Source: an uncultured bacterium | Lineage (GTDB): Bacteria; Patescibacteriota; Minisyncoccia; UBA6257; 2-01-FULL-56-20 | DNA: 64,000 nt | NCBI GenBank assembly: GCA_963719425.1 | Contig: OY970382.1 | Location: 135,888 to 199,887, forward strand | Direction of reading: 5' to 3' | Shown here: piece after piece, positions 57,718-64,000 of the stretch | Layout: each line of letters begins with the position of its first letter | Numbering within the stretch: position 1 is the stretch's first letter | Made by a program: the position numbers and the translations under genes | The notes under the pieces: model-generated | What the model was told of the DNA's origin: nothing | Database searches by the model: none | Seen by the model: only the letters and a program-made list of their open reading frames with translations

Positions 57718-57939
57718 TTATTTTACCGTGATGAGGAATTTCTCGCGCCGCAGACCGCGCGTTTTTGAAGATGCCATCTTTTTGTTTTCCTCAAGGATCA
57801 GCGTGAGCGCTTCACGGAGGTTTTCCTTCGCCTCCTTCATGGTGCGTCCCTGAGTGTGCGCTCCCGGCACTTCCTCAATCCAGGCAATGATCCAACGCCC
57901 CTCTTTTTTATATACCGCCGTGTATTCCCGCTTTGGCAT
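57718..57939 (-). CDS. hicB: HicB-like antitoxin
   Basis: YTAVY...WIEEVPGAHTQGRTMKEAKENLREAL. Confidence 0.88.
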   Translation of the reverse strand: MPKREYTAVYKKEGRWIIAWIEEVPGAHTQGRTMKEAKENLREALTLILEENKKMASSKTRGLRREKFLITVK

Positions 57940-58104
57940 ACTTTGAATATACGGCAGGCCGACCTTGTTTTCGATTGCCATCGTCATGGGAATATTATAC
58001 TCACCGAACATTAAATAATTATTAACTGCAAATTTCTTTTAATAAAAATTTAATCTTTATTTTCAACTATTAACATCACAACGGGAAATCTATCCAAAAG
58101 CGGT

Positions 58105-58136
58105 TGGCCGTCTGGTACGAAGTTGGAACTGCCTTA
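58105..58136 (+). repeat. Dispersed 32-bp att-like motif, copy 2
   Basis: TGGCCGTCTGGTACGAAGTTGGAACTGCCTTA. Confidence 0.85.
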
Positions 58137-58180
58137 GTAGCTTCTTTGATGGGTTGCTAAAATGGCACCTTTATTAGATA

Positions 58181-59134
58181 ATGACAATAACCAATATGGA
58201 GGAAAGACATACCGAGATTAGTGATAAATCCAAAGGCGTTCATTATTCTTATACATTAACGGCCATATCAGCGTTCATATTTGGCGTTATCGCGATTTTA
58301 CTTTTTAACAATTACGCGTCTGCAGAGAAAATCAGTTTTTCTACGGTGGGCATAATAAACTTAGTTTTTTCAATTGGGCTGTCCACTGCCTCGATAGTTC
58401 TGGCAATAACAGCAATAGTTTTGAGCAAGAAATCAGAACAGACGATCATGCAAAGAAATGATGATGGAATAAAATATCAAAGCGAAATATTCAACAAAAC
58501 CATCGATGTTCTAAGTAAAATAGAGACCTCCACGGGTATCAGCGAAAAAAGAATCGAGGATATAACACGGGAAATCAAATCCATTGAAAGAAGCAAGCCT
58601 GGCCCCAAGTCGAAAGACGATCAAGTTAAAGAAGCTTTACGAAGAGCATTACATTCTCATCCTGAAAAGAGCGACATCCGTAGCAAAAAAGTTCCTGATA
58701 AGCAGGAAGAATTTACAAAGAGCGTAATGGAAACTCTTAGCCAAATTCGTGGCGTGAGTTTGGTTAGAGTCAGTAGTGGCGACTTCGACGAATCAGGAGA
58801 GGAAATGGTTGACGGGATTTTTTCTATGGCTGGCCAAAGATTTTCCGTTAGTACCTTCTATTTTTATGGGCCAGCGAAAATCGCCAATTTTGCAGATTCA
58901 GATACATACAAGCAATATTTTCTTAACCTTGCATCCGAGATATCAAAAAATACTTTTGAAAAATCTTTCTTAGTGTTCAATAAAGATGTGGATAATGACG
59001 AAGAGTTTAAAAATCTCTTTAATAGCACCTTGAATATTTTAGACAAAAAAATAGCCCCCAAAATTGTTTTAGCATCAGGTTCTTTGGAAAACATCAAAAA
59101 GGTAATCGCTCAAGTATTGGGCGTAAGAGTTTAA
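58181..59134 (+). CDS. AT-rich hypothetical protein with two N-terminal TM helices
   Basis: Long ORF: 2 TM, coiled region, then a globular C-terminal domain. Confidence 0.75.
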   Translation: MTITNMEERHTEISDKSKGVHYSYTLTAISAFIFGVIAILLFNNYASAEKISFSTVGIINLVFSIGLSTASIVLAITAIVLSKKSEQTIMQRNDDGIKYQSEIFNKTIDVLSKIETSTGISEKRIEDITREIKSIERSKPGPKSKDDQVKEALRRALHSHPEKSDIRSKKVPDKQEEFTKSVMETLSQIRGVSLVRVSSGDFDESGEEMVDGIFSMAGQRFSVSTFYFYGPAKIANFADSDTYKQYFLNLASEISKNTFEKSFLVFNKDVDNDEEFKNLFNSTLNILDKKIAPKIVLASGSLENIKKVIAQVLGVRV

Positions 59135-59337
59135 TTTTTTAGGACTCAGCAGTTTGGAAGAGGGATCAGGCCATATCACATCACAAAATCGTTCGAACGT
59201 CGTCCAGGCTTACGCACTAAGGAAATTATGAAATTTAAGAATAACTTTTAGTAGTCATTGTTGGGCTCGGTGTTGCTGCGTATATCGCAGTCAAAACTAA
59301 TCCAAAACTGGTGGAATACAACTGACGTGTTATATTT

Positions 59338-59365
59338 TGTTAACCATTGACGTGATAGGTTAACA
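59338..59365 (+). promoter_or_regulatory. Palindromic operator overlapping a TTGACG -35
   Basis: TGTTAACC-ATTGACGTGATA-GGTTAACA. Confidence 0.55.
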
Positions 59366-59383
59366 TAAGTTAATTTATTTGTT

Positions 59384-59638
59384 ATGGAAAAAACTTTGTT
59401 CTCTGCGGGAGAGGCCGCAAAGATTTTGGGGATAAGTCGGATTGCGGTGTTCAAGAAGATAAAATCCGGCAAGATAAAAGCTGTCAAAGTGGGATGCAAC
59501 TTTGTGATTCAAAAGAAAGCCCTTGCGGAAACATTGGGCGAGAGTATCGGGGAAGATAAAAAGCGCGAGATAGAGAAGGTGGTGAACAGGGCTGTGAGGG
59601 AATACAAAGAAGTTTTTAGGCAATTGGGCAAGGAATGA
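59384..59638 (+). CDS. Excisionase-like HTH_17 DNA-binding protein
   Basis: SAGEAAKILGISRIAVFKKIKSGKIKAVKVG. Confidence 0.85.
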   Translation: MEKTLFSAGEAAKILGISRIAVFKKIKSGKIKAVKVGCNFVIQKKALAETLGESIGEDKKREIEKVVNRAVREYKEVFRQLGKE

Positions 59639-59681
59639 GGATACAATTTCTGATTTTTTTGCTATCATTTGGTATGTTCCT

Positions 59682-60392
59682 ATGATTCAGTTTTCCCACC
59701 TCACGAAGACCTACAAGAAGCGGAACGTAGTGGACGATTTTTCGCTCGCGGTGGACGTGCCTATTTTTGGGTTTCTGGGCCAGAACGGGGCAGGGAAGAC
59801 GACGGTCATGAAAATGATCGTGGGATTGCTCCGGCCGACTGCGGGGGCGATCATACTGGACGGGAAGGCCTCGTGCGATGTGGCCTCAAAGCGGCGGATG
59901 GGGTATATGCCGGAGACGCCATATTTCTACGAACGGATGACGGGGTTGGAATTCATGCGTTTTTGCGATGAGCTTGTGGGCGCGCACAAGGGAAATCGCA
60001 CGGCGCACTACGAGACGCTCCTCAAGCGGACGGGCATCTACGAGGCGCGGAATGCGGAAGTGCGGACATATTCAAAGGGCATGCGCCAGCGGCTTGGCTT
60101 TGCGCAGGCATTGGTCGGCGATCCGGAATATCTTTTTTTGGACGAGCCGTTGGACGGGCTTGACCCTCTCGGCCGGCGCGAGATGAAAGAGGTCATGCGT
60201 GAGCTCAAAAAAGAGGGGAGAAAGATCTTTTTGAACACGCACATCCTCTACGACGTGGAGGAGGTGTGCGACGAGATGGGCGTGATCCACGAGGGGAGGC
60301 TGCTCTATGCGGGGCCCGTGAAAAAGTTCTGCGCGGGAAAACCGCTTGAGGAGCGCTTTGTGGAGGTTGTTGCCGCGCAAGAAAAAGCATGA
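59682..60392 (+). CDS. ABC transporter ATP-binding protein (PilH-like)
   Basis: GQNGAGKTT, YSKGMRQR and LDEPLDGLDP. Confidence 0.9.
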   Translation: MIQFSHLTKTYKKRNVVDDFSLAVDVPIFGFLGQNGAGKTTVMKMIVGLLRPTAGAIILDGKASCDVASKRRMGYMPETPYFYERMTGLEFMRFCDELVGAHKGNRTAHYETLLKRTGIYEARNAEVRTYSKGMRQRLGFAQALVGDPEYLFLDEPLDGLDPLGRREMKEVMRELKKEGRKIFLNTHILYDVEEVCDEMGVIHEGRLLYAGPVKKFCAGKPLEERFVEVVAAQEKA

Positions 60393-61153
60393 GGAACATC
60401 TTCGTCGTCGCAAAAAATACGTTCAAGCTTGAGCTCCGCGACAAGATACTCTACGGCATCATCGTGTTTGCCCTGCTTTATATCTTCTTTGAACTTTTCC
60501 TCGCGGATCTTGTGCTTAAGGAGCTCCCGATGGTGAAAAGCTTCGGTCTTACCGGCATCTATTTCTTCAACGCGATCATTGCGCTTTTCTTGGGCACCAC
60601 GTCGTTCTTTAAGGACGTGGACCGCAAGGTGGTCTATTTCATCCTTTCAAAGCCGGTCTCGCGGGCGCAGTTCCTGCTCGGCAAGTTCTTCGGGCTCTGC
60701 GCGGTGCTCCTGCTCACCACCGCCATCCTCGGCGTTGCGTACCTCGGCCTCATTGCCTATAATCACGGCGGGTTTGATGCGCTGGGCCTCGTCGCCATCC
60801 TCATGCAATACCTTGAAATGGCGCTCTTCATCGCCTTCGCGCTTTTCGTTTCCACGTTCTCCAGTTCGCTGCTCTCCATCGTGTACACGTCCGCCGTGTT
60901 CTTCCTTGGCCACGTCGTAAGCTCGCTCGTTGCCGATGCGCAACAAATCGGAATATCGGGTATACAATACCGTCTTGTCCAGGTGTTCTATTACGTATTC
61001 CCGAACCTTGAAAAGTTTGACGTCCGCGCGCTCGCCATCCACGACGTCGCGACACCCTTCTTTTCTTTCGCTCTTGCGGTGGCCTATGCGCTCGCCTACA
61101 TCATTCTTCTCCTCGCGGCTTCCGTGTGGATTTTCAACCGAAAGGAAATTTGA
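60389..61153 (+). CDS. ABC-2 permease (PilI-like)
   Basis: AKNTFKLELRDKILY, LSKPVSRAQFLLGKF and FPNLEKF. Confidence 0.85.
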   Translation: MRNIFVVAKNTFKLELRDKILYGIIVFALLYIFFELFLADLVLKELPMVKSFGLTGIYFFNAIIALFLGTTSFFKDVDRKVVYFILSKPVSRAQFLLGKFFGLCAVLLLTTAILGVAYLGLIAYNHGGFDALGLVAILMQYLEMALFIAFALFVSTFSSSLLSIVYTSAVFFLGHVVSSLVADAQQIGISGIQYRLVQVFYYVFPNLEKFDVRALAIHDVATPFFSFALAVAYALAYIILLLAASVWIFNRKEI

Positions 61154-61155
61154 CC

Positions 61156-62025
61156 ATGCGATCGCTCTCAACCGGCGCGGTTCCCAAAACGCTCTTTCTG
61201 CTTTTCATGCTCGGCTTGGTGGTGGTTGCCCAATATGCGTATGATGCGACGCGCTTCGCGCCTCCCGCCGCGATTTCCGGGACATCCTCGCCCGAGATGG
61301 TGCGGATGGTGGATATGGGGTTCCATGCGGCAGTGGGGTCATTCCTCTGGGCTGGGACGATGCCGGAGATTTTGGATTTTTTCCATGGGCACGCGGAGTA
61401 TTTCCCGGACCTCGCTTATCTGAATGGCGTTGATCCCAAGCTGAGCTATCCCTATGCGTTCTCGGTGCTTACGCTTCCGGCGATACCGAGACAGTTGCTT
61501 CCCGATGCCGTGCAGCGGGCGCAGGCGATAGGGCGGGAAGGCATCGCGAACGCCGACCCCGATTGGCGCATCCCGTACTACATGGCACTCAATTATTATC
61601 TGGAACTCAAGGATCTGAAAGATGCCACATGGTATTTCAATGTGGCCGCCAATACCCAGGGGGTTCCTTCGTACGCCGAGCGCTTCGCGTTGAACTTCGG
61701 TATCAACCAAAAAGAGCGTGATCGCGTGCGGAACCTTTGGGCAACGGTGTACGAAAGCACGAACGATCCCGAGACAAAAGCCCGCGCGGCAGCGTACGTG
61801 GAGCGGCTGAACGATTTTGATTATCTTGAGGCGGCGGCGGCGGCGTATAAGCAAAAATACGGCGCGTATCCCACGTCCACCGATGAACTCGTCGCGAAAG
61901 GAATCATCCCTGCGGTGCCGCAGGACCCATTCGGATTCACGTTTACGATTGACGGTCAAACCGGCGTCGCGGGGATAGACCTCACGAAACTGCCGGCGTA
62001 CATCACCGCCCTGCCGTCGCAATAA
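61156..62025 (+). CDS. TPR-like membrane-anchored protein (PilG-like)
   Basis: TM helix, PDWRIPYYMALNYY, and C-terminal AYKQKYGAYP..DELVAKGII..PQDPFG. Confidence 0.6.
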   Translation: MRSLSTGAVPKTLFLLFMLGLVVVAQYAYDATRFAPPAAISGTSSPEMVRMVDMGFHAAVGSFLWAGTMPEILDFFHGHAEYFPDLAYLNGVDPKLSYPYAFSVLTLPAIPRQLLPDAVQRAQAIGREGIANADPDWRIPYYMALNYYLELKDLKDATWYFNVAANTQGVPSYAERFALNFGINQKERDRVRNLWATVYESTNDPETKARAAAYVERLNDFDYLEAAAAAYKQKYGAYPTSTDELVAKGIIPAVPQDPFGFTFTIDGQTGVAGIDLTKLPAYITALPSQ

Positions 62026-62875
62026 ATCTCTTCACTGCATTCGCGACGCGCTCTTCTTTCCCTTTGAAGCCGTGGCGCGCACGCGGAACGATGATAATCT
62101 TGCTCCGTTTTGATTTGATGTTTTTTCTGAACCATTCCGCCATCCCCCGTGCGGGCCGATCAGCATATTCGTCGTTCCCCGCAAAAACGACAAGCAACGG
62201 GATTTTTATTTTCCGGAGCGTCCGGGGGATTTTTTTTGGTTGTGCGTAGGAGAAAATCTCTTCCTTGCTGTCCGGTGTGTTCAAGCTCAAAAATCGTTGC
62301 GCGTCACGGAGGTCGGGCCAGATGGCTACGGGGAGGAGTTCGTGGGGTTTCTTTTGTTGTGCAAGCTTTGCGGCGTATGCCTGCGCTCGCTTGAATTTTC
62401 TTGGCGTGGTGAATTTCTTATTGCTCGCGTAGTCGCTCACGGGGCAGAGGAGTACCGCCCCCGCAATCTTTCTCTGATTATTTTTTCGGCTGAGGTAGTG
62501 CGCGATCTTTTGCGAGCCGGTGGAGTGGCCAACCAGGTAAATTTTTTTAACTTTCTTCCTGCGGAGCAGGCGTATGACCCCTTCCAGATCGTCGGCGCAT
62601 TCAGTGAATACCTCGTGCGCCGCACCCGCCATTTTCCGTTGGCCGTTTGTTTTTCTTATTTTCGTCACTGTGTCGTGACCGCGGTTATTGAAAAAAATGG
62701 TGGCGGTATTTTCGGACGCGAGCGGGACAAGAAAATCATGGTGAGCGAATACTGTTGCATCAAGGCCGTGCACGAACACAATTGCCCTCCGCGGATGGTT
62801 ACCGCCGAACCAGAGGCCGCCCAGAAGATATTTCTTCGGCGTGACGATCGCGATCGGCAGGCACCTTTTTTCCAT
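62003..62875 (-). CDS. Alpha/beta hydrolase (DUF1749-like)
   Basis: VHGL, GHSTGSQK, PVSD, GNDE and ARH. Confidence 0.85.
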   Translation of the reverse strand: MEKRCLPIAIVTPKKYLLGGLWFGGNHPRRAIVFVHGLDATVFAHHDFLVPLASENTATIFFNNRGHDTVTKIRKTNGQRKMAGAAHEVFTECADDLEGVIRLLRRKKVKKIYLVGHSTGSQKIAHYLSRKNNQRKIAGAVLLCPVSDYASNKKFTTPRKFKRAQAYAAKLAQQKKPHELLPVAIWPDLRDAQRFLSLNTPDSKEEIFSYAQPKKIPRTLRKIKIPLLVVFAGNDEYADRPARGMAEWFRKNIKSKRSKIIIVPRARHGFKGKEERVANAVKRFIATAGR

Positions 62876-62939
62876 ATAAAAATCTTACGGCATGCCCTGT
62901 GGATTGACAAACCCGCGCTCCCGCCCCATACTGGAAGTA

Positions 62940-63059
62940 ATGACAGTATTTGGACAAGAAGTTTTGACACTCTCCCTGGGCCTTCTCCTTGGGCTTTTGC
63001 TTATCCTTTCAACAAAAAGGCGGGGAAGTGTCGTATATGAAAAAATAAAGAAAAAGTAG
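62940..63059 (+). CDS. 39-aa single-TM peptide, leaderless (not in the ORF track)
   Basis: MTVFGQEVLTLSLGLLLGLLLILSTKRRGSVVYEKIKKK*; TTGACA-17-CATACT promoter at 62904-62932. Confidence 0.55.
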   Translation: MTVFGQEVLTLSLGLLLGLLLILSTKRRGSVVYEKIKKK

Positions 63060-63086
63060 AGAAAAAGAACCAAACTATAGACACCG

Positions 63087-63113
63087 AAACCTCCCCGCCA
63101 AGGGAGGTTTTTT
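63087..63113 (+). terminator. Intrinsic terminator
   Basis: AAACCTCCC-CGCCAA-GGGAGGTTTTTT. Confidence 0.75.
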
Positions 63114-63216
63114 GATCATCCGGTCTGAAAATTGGTTGCTACCAATTTTCAGGCCAGAGGGAAGAGCCGCTGGTCTGAAATTAGCCCTTCACAATTTCAA
63201 TAGTGAGGAGAATGCC

Positions 63217-63372
63217 ATGGATAGCAAGCCGTCGTCCAGAGTGAAAAGGGTGAAGAAAAAGAAACAAAAGCCCTTTGATCATGAGAAAGGCGATCCCATT
63301 CTAAAAGGAGAGGGATCCTACCCATTACCCCCTCCGCGTGATAACAGGAATATCCATATTCGGGCTGGCTAG
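63217..63372 (+). CDS. Small basic hypothetical protein (51 aa)
   Basis: GAGGAG SD before the ATG. Confidence 0.4.
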   Translation: MDSKPSSRVKRVKKKKQKPFDHEKGDPILKGEGSYPLPPPRDNRNIHIRAG

Positions 63373-63436
63373 GCCGGTAGTTGTTGGCGGAGACCAAAGT
63401 GCTTCCGCCCCCAGCACTCTAAGGAAGGAGGAGAAC

Positions 63437-63607
63437 ATGAACAATAGAAAGCAGGAAGCGGGCTCGCATCCCGAGGCGTTGCAGAAAGTTGGGGAATCTC
63501 CGGTGTTTATCTTGACGGTCCCGGATGATAAGGGAACAATCGCTGGTCCCGGTCGTCGGCCGGAGGATGACTCTCGCACTTCTACGGATTTGTGGGCCGC
63601 TTACTAA
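63437..63607 (+). CDS. Small hypothetical protein (56 aa)
   Basis: AAGGAGGAG SD before the ATG. Confidence 0.4.
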   Translation: MNNRKQEAGSHPEALQKVGESPVFILTVPDDKGTIAGPGRRPEDDSRTSTDLWAAY

Positions 63608-63630
63608 AGCCGGCCGACACCGATATCTAC

Positions 63631-63668
63631 GGGCGGGAACTGCGAAGTTCCCGCCCTAGCCATTTTTA
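63631..63668. terminator. Hairpin between convergent genes
   Basis: GGGCGGGAACT-GCGA-AGTTCCCGCCC. Confidence 0.65.
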
Positions 63669-63672
63669 TATT

Positions 63673-64000
63673 CTAGTTCTGTGTATTCGGCGTTCCGCTT
63701 ACGGCCGGCGGAAGCGCATTGCCACCCTGTACGCGGAGCATGCCGGGGACTTGCATTGGCACCGGCGCAGGGGGCGGATAAACATCCGGTGCGGTTGTGA
63801 TACTCGTCACTTGCGAGAGGGCGTTCTGCAGGCGGTTAAGGAGGCCGGTGAGTTGTAATAAGGCACCGGGTTGGACAATGTTTTGTACGGTGATGTCGCG
63901 GTTGTCGTTCGTATGAATAATGAACGATCCGTCGCCGTTCACCTGCGTAACGGTGCCGCTGTAGGTCTGGGGCGTTGCGGGGATGGAAAGGTCGCGCACG
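63673..64000 (-). CDS. 3' end of a hypothetical protein truncated by the window edge
   Basis: Open frame reaches the window end; GTVTQVNGDGSFII looks OB-like. Confidence 0.6.
   Translation of the reverse strand, partial: VRDLSIPATPQTYSGTVTQVNGDGSFIIHTNDNRDITVQNIVQPGALLQLTGLLNRLQNALSQVTSITTAPDVYPPPAPVPMQVPGMLRVQGGNALPPAVSGTPNTQN

Overview
A 64-kb chromosomal segment of a small-genome bacterium. The gene set and short protein forms suggest Patescibacteria/CPR, probably Parcubacteria: GAD-less AspRS, N-terminally truncated RF1, short ATP synthase epsilon, DUF5652, a TraM/HerA-like ATPase, Cys-rich paralogs and a Gmad2 protein. This assignment is an inference. TGA acts as a stop codon. Housekeeping content includes 5 tRNAs, RNase P RNA, pgk, aspS, prfA, frameshifted prfB, rpmE, ftsEX, a complete atp operon, mgtA/mgtC, a zwf-gnd fusion, murF/ddl and pgi/pmi, and many of these genes appear leaderless. 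Accessory content includes an AT-rich island after rnpB (about 14.4-20.5 kb) encoding a membrane-anchored STAND/NLR-like NTPase with seven 38-aa repeats that are being homogenised. There are also single-gene cassettes bounded by recurring att-like motifs, one 32-bp motif recurring 38 kb away. Two long hairpins have distal arms complementary to the last codons and stop codon of the adjacent gene. The window also holds at least two promoter-and-terminator-bounded candidate ncRNAs, boxA-like SD-led leaders on accessory genes, and several small ORFs missing from the ORF track. All family calls come from motifs read by eye; no database search was run.
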